Virus record (IMG/VR): IMGVR_UViG_3300037634_001012
Span: 1-39,530 of that record
Source of the DNA: a virus
Taxonomy: Duplodnaviria; Caudoviricetes
Strand: one strand, 5' to 3'
DNA: 39,530 nt
Translations under genes and position numbers: made by a program
Notes under the pieces: generated by a model
The model's database searches: none
Seen by the model: only the letters and a program-made list of their open reading frames with translations
What the model was told of the DNA's origin: nothing
Shown here: positions 9,356 through 20,528 of the stretch, in pieces
How the letters are laid out: the number at the start of each line of letters is the position of its first letter
Numbering within the stretch: the first letter of the stretch is position 1

Positions 9356-12300
9356 ATGCCAGAGATTAAAAATAATTTTCTTCAAGGCAAAATGAACAAG
9401 GACTTTGATGAGAGATTAATACCTAATGGACAATATAGAAACGCTGAAAATGTGGAAGTATCAACTGCAGAGGACTCTAGTGTTGGTACTGTAAAAAATA
9501 TATTAGGTAATAAAGAGATAGGAAATTTTGTTGCTAATGGTAAATGTGTTGGAAGTATTGCTAATGAAAAAACAAATAAAATATATTGGTTTGTTTCAAC
9601 TTATGAGAAAGATGTTATTATAGAATATGACGTTGAACATGATGTAGTAGTACCCGTACTTGTAGATTTAAACGCTGGCGAACATAATGCTGTTTTAAAA
9701 TTCTATGGAAATATAATAACTGGTATAAATATAATTGACGATCTATTATTTTGGACGGATAATAATAGTGATCCAAAAAGTATAAATATTAAAGAGTGTA
9801 TAAGAGGCACAGTTGATTTTGATACCCACACGCAATTACTATTTGAACACGGTAGTTTTGATGGGATGACAGTAAAAATCGTGATGGCTGGTTACCCAAA
9901 CAGCACATTTGGCGCAAGCTATTGGCCACCTACAACTCCTGTTGATGAGATGGTAAAAAAAGGACATTACTTTTATTATCAACGAAGACCAATGACAAAA
10001 CTTTTAGGTTTAGATTTTAACGAAGCAACAGATGATGATGGATATATGCGAAATGGATGGTACCATACTAATGGTGGAACCGGTAATCCTTATGGCAATG
10101 AAAGTAATCATCCAGGCAATCATAACATACATTACATTAGGCATTATAGAAATGGTGAATTTTTAGGTTTACAACAAATTAGACTTTTTGACCAATATAA
10201 TGGCACTCATGGTAGATTAGATAGTGCTACTAATGGGCCAATATCTGGTACTTGGGCAGGGACTTCCCCAACAGATTTTCAAAAGGGAGACGTTATTTTT
10301 GGCAATAATATTAGATTAGATATAGAAGAACGTCATATTACAGTTATAAAACCAAAACCATTAAATACTTTTTCAGTAAAAATAAACCACACTCAAAACT
10401 TAGAAGGTACAAGTAATATTCCTAATTTATTTGAGACTAAGTTCCCAAGATTTTCTTATAGATATAAATATAGAGATGGAGAATTTTCTCCTTTTGCTCC
10501 TTTCACAAATCCTGTATTTAATCCTAGATACACAAAAGATATTAATAACTCTAGCGATGTAAATGTATATCACAATAAAGATACAAGTTATGATATAAAA
10601 GAACCACACAATAAAGCTATGGTAAACTCTATACATTCAGTAGAGCTTACTGACTTTGTAACAGCTCAAACTCCAGAAAATGTTGTTGAGATAGATATAT
10701 TATATAAGCAAGAAGATTCTCCTGTTATATATTCTATAGGTACAATAAAACATCTAGACCCCGAATGGCATGCTTGGGGTAATAATGAGGGTACAAATAT
10801 AGGTTTTGGAAAACAAATTAGAACCACTGGTTTAGCAAGCAGCTTGAATTATAGTGCAACTCAAATAGAGCACACATATGCAGCAGAAGGTGGTTATAAT
10901 AAAGGAAAATATATTGTAACAACAGAAAATATTTATGCTGCTTTACCAGCTAATCAATTACTTAGACCTTGGGATAATGTTCCAAGAAAAGCTTTAGCAC
11001 AAGAAGTGACAGGTAATAGAATTGTATATGGTAATTATTTACAAAATTATGATTTAGGCGTAGTAAAACCTAAGGTTAAAGTTAATTATAGTGATAGAAG
11101 CAATCAAATAGGTAGTTTCGAAACTCAAGGATTACCATCTCTAAAATCTTTAAGAAACTATCAATTAGGAGTTGTCTATAGTGATAAATATGGTAGAGAA
11201 ACCCCTGTGTTTACTTCTGATGAAGGGGCGACAAATATTCCTTGGCAAGAAAGTGATGGAATAAAAAATGCTAGTAAAAGTCTTCAATTAAACACAAGCG
11301 TAGTATCAAATTTTCCAGCGTGGGTTGATTCATTAAAGTTTTTTGTAAAAGAAACATCTAATGAATATTATAACTTAACAATGGATAGGGCTTGGGTTAC
11401 AAAGAAAACTTATGAATTAGATGATTCAGAAGGTCATCTTTGGATATCGTTTCCATCATCTGATAGAAATAAAATATCAGAGGAAGATTATATAGTCTTA
11501 AAAAAGAAAATAGGTACTGGCGAAGAACAAATTAACTTTGAAAACAAGTTTAAGGTTATTGATATTAAAAACGAAGCTCCAGATGCTATTAAGTATGAGT
11601 TGGTTAATATAGGTTCCGAGGTAAACGGTTCTAATTTCTTAACAGACACCACAAGTGGATTAGGAATGAGTATTAGTAATGCAACTGGAACAAAGGGTAG
11701 AATAGATAGAGAAGGTGCTACTAATTTTCAGTTTGATTATAGTAATTGGAAATGGGGATCTGGAGGGGAAGTTGGTAATATACCTTTAGAAGAAGACGTA
11801 GGTTCGGATAATGAAACTACATATACCCTCGGTACTAAAGATTTATATGTATCTTGGAGAAGACTTAGCGGTGGAGTAGGGGTTTCCTCAAAAAAATATA
11901 AAATAACTGGCGGTAGAAAAGGTGGTACGCATTATTTTTTAAAACTATCTACCCCAATATCTAAAATTGACGCAGATATAGCCCATATAAATGGTGATTC
12001 GTCTGATATAACCCAAGCTCTCTTACATCCAAATTTACTTTTTCAAATAGAAAAAAGAATACTTAAAGATTCAGAAGATTTCTCTGGAAAGTTCTTTGTA
12101 AAAATATCAAAAAATCAAATTACAAATTTAATTGAAAGTGGTGAACCTGTTAGTATATTAGATAAATATCAAGTATCAGCAAAAGCACCTACTTGGTATT
12201 GGCAAGAAGACACTTGGACGAGTTTTAGCATCGTAATTAATCAAGATGGTTCACCAACTAGTAATTATGGTCTTACGAATTGGGATGGTTATGATCAAAA

Positions 12301-15300
12301 CCCAGATTATACAAATAATAGTATTCAAATAGCTGCTAACAACGCTCATGGTAATGATACTGCTGATGGCAAGACTTTAAGGGTTACAGATTGGTATCAC
12401 CCGTGGGATGGGATATTAACTAAACATAATAGTATCGGACAATTTTTCGTAGACGCTATGCATGTAGCCTCTGGACAAAGTGATGCTAGTAATTATGCTA
12501 AATATAATTACATACCTTGGGCTGGATGTACTAAAGGTGAAAGTGCAACTAAAGAAGATTCTGCTTGGAGTTATCCACCTTTAAAAACATGGTTAACTGA
12601 TTTTGAAGATAAGACAGAGTTATTGGAAAGTTTAGAAGATAACGATAACACAAATTGGTACAATGGAAATTTAATATCTACTTCTCTAAGTTCACAAATT
12701 ACTAGTGAAAATCCTGACTGGAATGATTTAAGGGTTGATGGTTGGATTGGTAGTTTACAAAATGTTAGTAGAGATCATCCAACAACTCAAAATATACCTA
12801 ACCAAATAAATGGTTTAGAAGGATTTGTAACTACTAATAGCAATCATACTATTGGGCCTAGAAGATGGTTTAGCGGAATAACAGGTAATTCAACTGAGCA
12901 CGGGGTTGGAGTTGATACTAAAACATATTCAGATGACGGTGAGGTGGGTAGGCATTTCATGCACTTATCGTTTTTTGCTCCAGGGAAAAATCTGCATGAT
13001 GGTGATTTTGCTGGTTTAGATTCGGATGATGCGTTATATGGTGATAAATCTTGGGCCGCTAATTTACAAGGAATATGGGGTGGAGGTCATTTTACCGGAG
13101 AGGAACCCGGTGATATGTTTGGTACAGGCGCTACAGGATTCCAACACTTATGCATGGAAAGTAACAATGATAGTAGTGGAAGATTTTTAGAAGCAACACC
13201 TGCCCCCGGCGTGGGATATGGTTATGATATACGTTATAAAGAGCTACATGAAAGACAGTGGGACCCAACATTTGGTGGTAATGGAGATCCTGATAATAAA
13301 ATACGTGACTTTATAAGAAATTTATATCCAGGTTCGCAATTTAAGTTTCACATAGATTCAGGTGAAGAAGTTTATACTATTAAAAAAGTAGTTGTAAAAA
13401 AATTATATAACCATACATCTTGGAGAAAACCCTATAATAGGTACATTGCAGGTAGTGGAATTCTCGGTGTCGATTATGGATATATACACGGTTCTAATAT
13501 AGCGACTGAAAACCCAGCATATCGTAGTGTTGAGCAATGTGGTTTAGAATGGTTGGATCAAGTAGATGATGCTGGAGATTACACGGGAACTACTAATCCT
13601 ACACAAAGAGTTAATTTTGAAAATCAAATTGAAAATTTTGGTAAAGCAAGTAATAGGAGAGTTTGTTATATAATTGAATTAGATAAAAATCCAGCTGATA
13701 CATCAACGCAGGAAGGAAGTGGATTTAACCCAATAGCGGATGATGATCATATGAGCGCGGATATTGTAGGTGGAGATTTTGCGAATATTGAATTTTTAGA
13801 ACCAGTACAATCAGTTTTACTTTCTGATTTAAGTAAATTCCCAGCTATATGGGAAATTGATCCTAAAAAGAAAGAAGTGGATTTAGATATATATTACGAA
13901 GCTAGTAATAGTATACCTATAAAAATAAACAGTAATACAAACGAATTATTTGCGCCTATAGGATGTAAAGTTGAAGTAATAGATTCTGCAATTACCGGTA
14001 CTGCTAGATTAGAATCTTGGGATGGTACAATAGCGACATTTGACCCTGGTTTTGCTGATTTTGACGGTTCGGATGAAATAGATTATACAGGATTATCATT
14101 TAAATTTACTAGGGAAGATGGTGGTTTTACTATAGCCGAAGCTGGTGAACAAGAGTTAACAGGAGTAACAGCACTTGGGTATAAAACAGATTTTGTATTT
14201 AGAGAAGATATTGGAGATACGATACGCGCTGGTTTATCTTGGTACAATTGTTTTTCTTTTGGCAATGGTTTAGAATCTAACAGAATTAGAGATGATTTTA
14301 ACGAAATGTTTATTACAAACGGTGTTAAAGCTTCAACAACAACACAAGAAACATATGAAGAAGAACGTAGGGCACAAGGTTTAATATATTCAGGTTTATA
14401 CAACTCTAATTCTGGAGTAAATGATTTAAATCAGTTTATCATGGCTGAGAAAATCACTAAAGATGTAAACCCTACTTATGGTAGTATTCAAAAGTTATTT
14501 CAAAGAAGAATAAGTTTAGTAGCTTTTTGCGAAGATAGAGTTTTAAGTATAACATCAAATAAAGATGCTATTTATAATGCTGATGGTAATCCACAATTGA
14601 TATCTACAGATAATGTTTTAGGTGATGTAAATCCTTTTGTTGGTGATTTTGGGATATCAAAAAATCCAGAATCATTTGCGTCTGAATCATATAGAGCTTA
14701 TTTTACAGATAAACAAAGAGGGGCAGTGTTAAGACTATCTAAAGATGGTTTAACACCTATATCAAAAGCTGGTATGCACGATTGGTTTAGGGATAATTTA
14801 TCTAATTATACATCGTTAATAGGTACGTATGATAGTTACAAAGAAGATTATAATTTAACTTTAGCAAATACTTTTGGTGAAAATATTCTTTTTGGTTCTT
14901 CTTTTGATGTCGGCACAGAATTAGTTCCTATCTCTAGTGGAGTTAGAAATTTAGTTACAAATCCAGGTGTTTATGATGGTGTTTCTTTTCAATATCCCTG
15001 GGAACAATATGACGTTCTTCCAGAAAAGTACAATGCAAGTGGTACTCTTATAAACCCTACTTTTGGTTGGGGTACAGTAAACCAAGATTTAACAAGCAAC
15101 GCGGATATAACAAATCACCCGGCAATACCAGAGGGAAGTTTACAACCTTATGTAGCGCCCGTATCATATATAGCGCCTGTAGCTGCTGTAGCTGCTATAG
15201 CAGCGTATTGGACTATTTTTGACGATCAAAATGTTTCTACAGGTATTACTTTTGCAACAGAATCAGCAGCACTCGCATTCATAGCAGCTCATCCAGGTTA

Positions 15301-18300
15301 TGGTGCATCACCATATCAAAACGCAACTTATAGTACTACCTTACCAACTAGTGGAACTAATGTTGCGGGTCATCTTTATAGTGCTAATTTTACATCTAGT
15401 GCATATACTAACTGGGGTACTAGTCAAACCCCACCACCACCTGCTCAATCAGGATTTCTATTATATAGTGACACTAGAAGATATATAGACACCGCAAATC
15501 ATAGTTCAAACTACGGTGTTAATGGTTGGATTAATGAGAGTAGCCCTTATGCCTCATGGTCATCTGGCGTATTGCATACCTGGGGTTCTGGGACGACTAT
15601 TGGTGCAAATGGTAGTGTTGAGAGAAGCATTACCAGCTATCCTACTTCTAGTTGGTCAATTGCAGTAACTAAAGGTGCGATATCAGGAGTAATTACACAT
15701 AATAGTGGTAGTAATGGCGGTATTCTTTTTGATAGAGTTGGGAGTTGGGGTACTAATATAGATAATTGGGTTGAATTTAGAAATATTGGAATTGCACAAA
15801 GCGGTGGTACTTTCAGTTATGCAACAGGAACGTTAAACGACGCGTATTCCACTGCTTCAGGTAATGCTTCAGAACATACTTCTATATACAACGGGGATGA
15901 GATACATGTTTGGGTTAAGATAAAGTGTTATATGGACGCAGAGGTTCCCGCAAACACAAATTCTTCGACATGGCGCAAATATGGGTACAATCAAATTGCA
16001 CCTAAAATAACACTTGTTGAAGGTGATACGGGTAATCCAATTAATTCTAACATACTTCAAAATGTAAGTGTATTAAATCCCCCTATCACTGCTACATCTT
16101 ACAACTGGATTGGTAGTGTTGGTCATACTAGCGGTACTCTTAATTTGAGTTCAATTGGGCTTGAAGATGTATACCCAACATCTGGAGGTAATTATACTGG
16201 TAATATGAATGGATTTTCATCTGTTAATGCTCAATTTGGAACAAATAGTTCGTATCAATTTCCATCTACTCATAATTCCGGGCAAGGCGGTTCTCTTCAA
16301 GATCTTTTTAATTCCTACGCGCCTGGTTTTTATGAACTCGTTTTACAAGTTAGTTTTAAATTTAGAGATCCAGCCCAACAAAATCAATGGGGTGCACTTC
16401 ATGCGGCTTCTTACAATCAATATATTGAGCCAACAAAACTTGTAAATGATCTTAGAGTACGTATAAATCAAACTCACGATGGGCCCGCTAATGCCCACTC
16501 GGTAATGCAGAGTTACCCTTGGATGTGTCAACAACTTTGGGAAATACAAAAAGTAAAAATAATAAAAGGTTACGGTGTGACAGCTCCACCTCAAGCCGCA
16601 GTAGTCGGAACTCCTCCAACATCCGTCCAAACCCCTGCTGTAGCTGCTATAGCTGGTGTGACTCAAGTAGATGGTATTGCAGAAGTTGACCCTGTGCCAC
16701 CACACGATATACCAGCGTGGACCGAGGTTAATCATAATAATTCAAGTTGGTTTGATGATTGGGAAGTTACTAATACAGGTGGTGGAAACGTGGCATATCT
16801 TCATGCTCACACTGGTAATAACACTACAGGTGCATACCCATTAAAAGGACTTGGATACAATTATTCTGCAGTTACACAAAGTGGACTAGGACAAGATCCA
16901 AATGATTTAATTGATGTTACCCAACAATTATCTCCAAACCAACCTATTTCTTATGTTGTTCCTCAAGATTGGGGTTACGGTACTACTATAAATACGAGTG
17001 GTGGAGGCCAAACGTTAACAAATACTAGTTTTGTTGACACTAGTGGTTCGGGACCTACAAACGGTACCCCGTTTTTTCATACCGATAATCATACTACTGG
17101 AATTGTTTACCCTGGAATTATTGATAAGATACCTACTACCAAGGATTTTGAAAATGATTTCATGAGTATAATTACTGACACAATGGGAACGTATATAGAA
17201 ATAAGTCAAGATATTAGTAGTTCACCATGGGAAATTGGTGAGTGGTACTTAGTTGATGTAGAGTACGATGCAACTTTTAACGTTGATACTGGTGCTGGTT
17301 ATAGTAATGCTAATGGTTCTTTCTTTTTATATGGCATGGGTAGTATTAGTGAATTTGGTACGCAAGGTTGGGGTAATCCAGTTTCGCATGATGGAGTTGG
17401 TATATATCGTGGCTCCTCTCCCTACCACATCCAGTTGGTACAAGTGGATAGAACGGAGTATGGTAATTCACAAAGAGTTTTAAGAGCAATATTTAAAGTC
17501 CCTGCCGCGAATGATAGTTGGGTAACTAATACGAGTAACACTGGAAGATTAGATTCGTTTAAACTACATGTTTATGCATGCACTAACGAAGTGAGGATTA
17601 CAAAAATAATTTCTAAAAAGTTAGATACAGTAACAACTACTGGTACAGCTACAGATTGGACAAGTACATATAATGGCAGTTCAATAGCTCAACTTCACTC
17701 TTTTGATAGCAAAGAAGTGTATTATGCAGGTAATAAATTATGTTTTGAAGTACGAGACGATCAAGTAGATAAAACATATAAATGGGTACAGGATTTATCT
17801 GCTGTAACAGGATCTTTAATAAGTACTCCTTTAGGGTGGACGCTAAGCTTTTCGGTTGATACTATTCCAGTTACTAATAACTTTGTTGGTGAACTCCGTG
17901 CTTGGGTTGCGCCAGGAAGTGCGAATGATACATTATATATTGAAGGTGTTGATACTGTAGGAAATTATGAAATTGATTTTGATATAGATGCTTCATCTGT
18001 TAGTGGTTGGGCGATAAATGGACCTTCAGGTCATGGTGCAACTATATCTGCTGGAGGTACACACACGGGTAGTGTTACTAATGAAATAGGTTTTGCATCT
18101 GATGTTGATACGGTACCATCACCTACTGGTGTCCCTGCTTTAGAAGCGGGTATTAATAATATAATACTTACAGATAATACTCAAGTGTTACAAGGAGGAT
18201 CTGCTGGCTCATGGAGTTTTAGTGGATTTAATACTTCTGTAGATAGCTATATGTATTGGGACCACACACCTGGTGATGAAAAATTGAGATTTGAAAATTG

Positions 18301-19309
18301 TCCCCCTACCGATCCATTAGTTACAACGTCACCTAGACAACTTATAAACGCAAACCAATGGATTGACAAACCTATAAAAAGATATGAGCAATATAGAATA
18401 ATATTTGATTATGAAATTACAGATGCAGATATAGTTATATATTACTTTAATAGTCGAGGGTATGGGTTTAGAATAACAAGTATTGGAGCAAATCAACCAA
18501 TAAACACTACTGGTACATCTACTATAACTGGTACTTATAATGAAATACACACTATTGGTGATGCAGTTTGGGACTCTGAACATCCCACAACTAGTGGTGA
18601 GTATGTATCGCAATTAAAAAATACTTTTGTTATAAGGAAAAGTCATGGTCCTAATCTACTTAATGGTCACTTAGATAATATATCTATGACTAGAGTCTAT
18701 GATTTAAGTTCTCAACCAGAAAAAACAGTAAGTTTTAGTGAGGACGTAAATGGTTGGACTAGTTTTAAAAGTTTTGTTCCAGAAAGTGGTACTAGTATAT
18801 CTAAAAAATATTTTACTATGATGAATGGTGGTTTATGGCAACATTATACACCTTTAAAATGGGATAATATTAATAGTCAATGGGTAGACTCTAGCATAGA
18901 TGAAGCCGAAAATTATAACAGGTTTTACGGTATCCCTAATAATTCTAGTATAACAGCAGTTTTAAACGGTGATCCTTCTACGGTAAAAACGTTTAACACA
19001 TTGAATTATGAAGGTAGCCAAGCGCAAGTAATAAAACCTTTATCTGCCGTTCCAACATCTACATCTGGAGGTATTACTGTAGATAATGCACAAGCTTGGG
19101 CTCAAGGAAGTAATATTGATGGTTGGAATTGTACAGAGATAAAAACAGATATAGATACTGGTAATATTGTTGAATTTATAAAAAAAGAAGGTAAGTGGTT
19201 TAATTATATAAAAGGTAAACCAACATCGCTATCTGATATTGGAGATACTAGTCGATTTAGTGTTCAAGGCATTGGAGAAGCGAGCGCTGTTACAGAAGTT
19301 ACTTACTAA
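9356..19309 (+). CDS. Giant tail nozzle / 'stabilization' (muzzle, tail tubular B-like) protein with large adhesin-like insertions
   Basis: 3317 aa. Recognisable core blocks: NFLQGKMNKDFDERLIPNGQYR, LFWTDN, FPRFSYRYKY, YQLGVVYSDKYGRETPV, LDIYYE, WYNCFSFGNGLESNRIRDDFN, FGISKNPESFA, DKQRGAVLRLS, GWTSFKSF, KTFNTLNYEG, KKEGKWF. Confidence 0.8.
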   Translation: MPEIKNNFLQGKMNKDFDERLIPNGQYRNAENVEVSTAEDSSVGTVKNILGNKEIGNFVANGKCVGSIANEKTNKIYWFVSTYEKDVIIEYDVEHDVVVPVLVDLNAGEHNAVLKFYGNIITGINIIDDLLFWTDNNSDPKSINIKECIRGTVDFDTHTQLLFEHGSFDGMTVKIVMAGYPNSTFGASYWPPTTPVDEMVKKGHYFYYQRRPMTKLLGLDFNEATDDDGYMRNGWYHTNGGTGNPYGNESNHPGNHNIHYIRHYRNGEFLGLQQIRLFDQYNGTHGRLDSATNGPISGTWAGTSPTDFQKGDVIFGNNIRLDIEERHITVIKPKPLNTFSVKINHTQNLEGTSNIPNLFETKFPRFSYRYKYRDGEFSPFAPFTNPVFNPRYTKDINNSSDVNVYHNKDTSYDIKEPHNKAMVNSIHSVELTDFVTAQTPENVVEIDILYKQEDSPVIYSIGTIKHLDPEWHAWGNNEGTNIGFGKQIRTTGLASSLNYSATQIEHTYAAEGGYNKGKYIVTTENIYAALPANQLLRPWDNVPRKALAQEVTGNRIVYGNYLQNYDLGVVKPKVKVNYSDRSNQIGSFETQGLPSLKSLRNYQLGVVYSDKYGRETPVFTSDEGATNIPWQESDGIKNASKSLQLNTSVVSNFPAWVDSLKFFVKETSNEYYNLTMDRAWVTKKTYELDDSEGHLWISFPSSDRNKISEEDYIVLKKKIGTGEEQINFENKFKVIDIKNEAPDAIKYELVNIGSEVNGSNFLTDTTSGLGMSISNATGTKGRIDREGATNFQFDYSNWKWGSGGEVGNIPLEEDVGSDNETTYTLGTKDLYVSWRRLSGGVGVSSKKYKITGGRKGGTHYFLKLSTPISKIDADIAHINGDSSDITQALLHPNLLFQIEKRILKDSEDFSGKFFVKISKNQITNLIESGEPVSILDKYQVSAKAPTWYWQEDTWTSFSIVINQDGSPTSNYGLTNWDGYDQNPDYTNNSIQIAANNAHGNDTADGKTLRVTDWYHPWDGILTKHNSIGQFFVDAMHVASGQSDASNYAKYNYIPWAGCTKGESATKEDSAWSYPPLKTWLTDFEDKTELLESLEDNDNTNWYNGNLISTSLSSQITSENPDWNDLRVDGWIGSLQNVSRDHPTTQNIPNQINGLEGFVTTNSNHTIGPRRWFSGITGNSTEHGVGVDTKTYSDDGEVGRHFMHLSFFAPGKNLHDGDFAGLDSDDALYGDKSWAANLQGIWGGGHFTGEEPGDMFGTGATGFQHLCMESNNDSSGRFLEATPAPGVGYGYDIRYKELHERQWDPTFGGNGDPDNKIRDFIRNLYPGSQFKFHIDSGEEVYTIKKVVVKKLYNHTSWRKPYNRYIAGSGILGVDYGYIHGSNIATENPAYRSVEQCGLEWLDQVDDAGDYTGTTNPTQRVNFENQIENFGKASNRRVCYIIELDKNPADTSTQEGSGFNPIADDDHMSADIVGGDFANIEFLEPVQSVLLSDLSKFPAIWEIDPKKKEVDLDIYYEASNSIPIKINSNTNELFAPIGCKVEVIDSAITGTARLESWDGTIATFDPGFADFDGSDEIDYTGLSFKFTREDGGFTIAEAGEQELTGVTALGYKTDFVFREDIGDTIRAGLSWYNCFSFGNGLESNRIRDDFNEMFITNGVKASTTTQETYEEERRAQGLIYSGLYNSNSGVNDLNQFIMAEKITKDVNPTYGSIQKLFQRRISLVAFCEDRVLSITSNKDAIYNADGNPQLISTDNVLGDVNPFVGDFGISKNPESFASESYRAYFTDKQRGAVLRLSKDGLTPISKAGMHDWFRDNLSNYTSLIGTYDSYKEDYNLTLANTFGENILFGSSFDVGTELVPISSGVRNLVTNPGVYDGVSFQYPWEQYDVLPEKYNASGTLINPTFGWGTVNQDLTSNADITNHPAIPEGSLQPYVAPVSYIAPVAAVAAIAAYWTIFDDQNVSTGITFATESAALAFIAAHPGYGASPYQNATYSTTLPTSGTNVAGHLYSANFTSSAYTNWGTSQTPPPPAQSGFLLYSDTRRYIDTANHSSNYGVNGWINESSPYASWSSGVLHTWGSGTTIGANGSVERSITSYPTSSWSIAVTKGAISGVITHNSGSNGGILFDRVGSWGTNIDNWVEFRNIGIAQSGGTFSYATGTLNDAYSTASGNASEHTSIYNGDEIHVWVKIKCYMDAEVPANTNSSTWRKYGYNQIAPKITLVEGDTGNPINSNILQNVSVLNPPITATSYNWIGSVGHTSGTLNLSSIGLEDVYPTSGGNYTGNMNGFSSVNAQFGTNSSYQFPSTHNSGQGGSLQDLFNSYAPGFYELVLQVSFKFRDPAQQNQWGALHAASYNQYIEPTKLVNDLRVRINQTHDGPANAHSVMQSYPWMCQQLWEIQKVKIIKGYGVTAPPQAAVVGTPPTSVQTPAVAAIAGVTQVDGIAEVDPVPPHDIPAWTEVNHNNSSWFDDWEVTNTGGGNVAYLHAHTGNNTTGAYPLKGLGYNYSAVTQSGLGQDPNDLIDVTQQLSPNQPISYVVPQDWGYGTTINTSGGGQTLTNTSFVDTSGSGPTNGTPFFHTDNHTTGIVYPGIIDKIPTTKDFENDFMSIITDTMGTYIEISQDISSSPWEIGEWYLVDVEYDATFNVDTGAGYSNANGSFFLYGMGSISEFGTQGWGNPVSHDGVGIYRGSSPYHIQLVQVDRTEYGNSQRVLRAIFKVPAANDSWVTNTSNTGRLDSFKLHVYACTNEVRITKIISKKLDTVTTTGTATDWTSTYNGSSIAQLHSFDSKEVYYAGNKLCFEVRDDQVDKTYKWVQDLSAVTGSLISTPLGWTLSFSVDTIPVTNNFVGELRAWVAPGSANDTLYIEGVDTVGNYEIDFDIDASSVSGWAINGPSGHGATISAGGTHTGSVTNEIGFASDVDTVPSPTGVPALEAGINNIILTDNTQVLQGGSAGSWSFSGFNTSVDSYMYWDHTPGDEKLRFENCPPTDPLVTTSPRQLINANQWIDKPIKRYEQYRIIFDYEITDADIVIYYFNSRGYGFRITSIGANQPINTTGTSTITGTYNEIHTIGDAVWDSEHPTTSGEYVSQLKNTFVIRKSHGPNLLNGHLDNISMTRVYDLSSQPEKTVSFSEDVNGWTSFKSFVPESGTSISKKYFTMMNGGLWQHYTPLKWDNINSQWVDSSIDEAENYNRFYGIPNNSSITAVLNGDPSTVKTFNTLNYEGSQAQVIKPLSAVPTSTSGGITVDNAQAWAQGSNIDGWNCTEIKTDIDTGNIVEFIKKEGKWFNYIKGKPTSLSDIGDTSRFSVQGIGEASAVTEVTY
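15183..16653 (+). repeat. Exact 19-bp direct repeat pair CTGCTGTAGCTGCTATAGC (15183-15201 and 16635-16653)
   Basis: Read directly from the sequence; spacing 1452 bp (in frame); both copies encode AVAAIA. Confidence 0.85.
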
Positions 19310-19319
19310 AAATATATTG

Positions 19320-20516
19320 ATGAAAAAAATATACAACTTACAAATAGATACTTCATATATGCCTGCAGAGCAATCTACTAGAGGATTCATTGTTAGTGGA
19401 GAAAGTGGTGCTGAGTTTATTTTATATGCGTTAGAAAACGGTACTCTTAAGTATTACAATTTTGTTGATAAAGTTTTTGAATTAGGTAATAGTATTAACA
19501 CTAACTTAAAAATAACACTTACAGGTGGTAATTATAATAATCAAATTGTATTTCCATCTGGTGGAGGTACCTATACTATCAAGTTATTAGCTCTTCCAGG
19601 AACTGAAGTACAATCCTCAAATAAAATTGCGATTACCAAAAGCATGTCCAAAGCAAGTAGTAATGCTATAGTAACGTTTACAGCAGCTACAGCTAATACT
19701 AGTAATTACGCTACTTTTCCAACATCAACAGTAACTGGTGCCCTTACATATAAAGAAACATTTAATTTTGATTGGGATATAGTAAACGCATCTACAGACG
19801 GTGGTGGGTTTGGGTTAAGATTAGCAAGTGCACCTGTTACAGTTAAAGAAACCGATTGGTATTTTACAACAACGGATACAGTTGATGGGGCTATTTCTCC
19901 AACAGATGCTAATGGAGGATTAAAAGTTGTTGTTGATGACCTTACAGATATTGGTGTTGGAACTATTATATCAGGGGTGAGTGGTGGTAGTTTAAGTGGA
20001 ACACCTAGTGTTATAGCAATAGATACTACAAATAAACTTTTAACTTTAAACGCTGCTCAAACATTTGCAGATGGGATAACATTAACTTTTAAAGCTATAG
20101 GAACCACGGCAATAAAAAACGCTACTGGAATGCTTATAAAATTTACACCAGGTACAGTAGTTTCTGCAGAAAATATTACTAAAACAGTTAGAACTGACGC
20201 TACTGGCACAACAATAAATTTAAACGGAACATATGGTCTTACTGGTGGTGATCACGCATCTATGTTGGGTTATAATGTAACTCAAGCTGCGTCAGACCCG
20301 GTAACTGTATCATCAGTAAGTGCTTCCGAAGGCGCTGGATCTATAACTGTTAGCGTTTCACAAACAGCTATACCCCAAAGCACAAAACTTGAATTTATAG
20401 ATGTTTACCAAACAATAAACTTTTTAGGTACCATTACTATTGAACAACTCCCAACTACAAATAAAACTATATATTTAGATATAGATAATATTATAACAGT
20501 AGGCACAGTGTCTTAA
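19320..20516 (+). CDS. Tail-associated structural protein (beta-rich, Thr/Gly-rich)
   Basis: ORF track starts at a TTG at 19239 that overlaps the upstream gene; the in-frame ATG at 19320 (MKKIYNLQ) after the upstream stop is the more likely start. Thr/Gly/Ser-rich beta-strand composition. Confidence 0.6.
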   Translation: MKKIYNLQIDTSYMPAEQSTRGFIVSGESGAEFILYALENGTLKYYNFVDKVFELGNSINTNLKITLTGGNYNNQIVFPSGGGTYTIKLLALPGTEVQSSNKIAITKSMSKASSNAIVTFTAATANTSNYATFPTSTVTGALTYKETFNFDWDIVNASTDGGGFGLRLASAPVTVKETDWYFTTTDTVDGAISPTDANGGLKVVVDDLTDIGVGTIISGVSGGSLSGTPSVIAIDTTNKLLTLNAAQTFADGITLTFKAIGTTAIKNATGMLIKFTPGTVVSAENITKTVRTDATGTTINLNGTYGLTGGDHASMLGYNVTQAASDPVTVSSVSASEGAGSITVSVSQTAIPQSTKLEFIDVYQTINFLGTITIEQLPTTNKTIYLDIDNIITVGTVS

Positions 20517-20528
20517 ACAAATAAAAAC

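Noticed and set aside
14057-14074. DFDGSD resembling the RNAP DFDGD motif
   Set aside because: It is inside the tail nozzle protein and the spacing is wrong; at most a Ca-binding loop.
19239-19319. Extended N-terminus of the 425-aa ORF from the TTG at 19239
   Set aside because: It overlaps the upstream gene's conserved C-terminus; the ATG at 19320 with an A/T-rich leader is more plausible.
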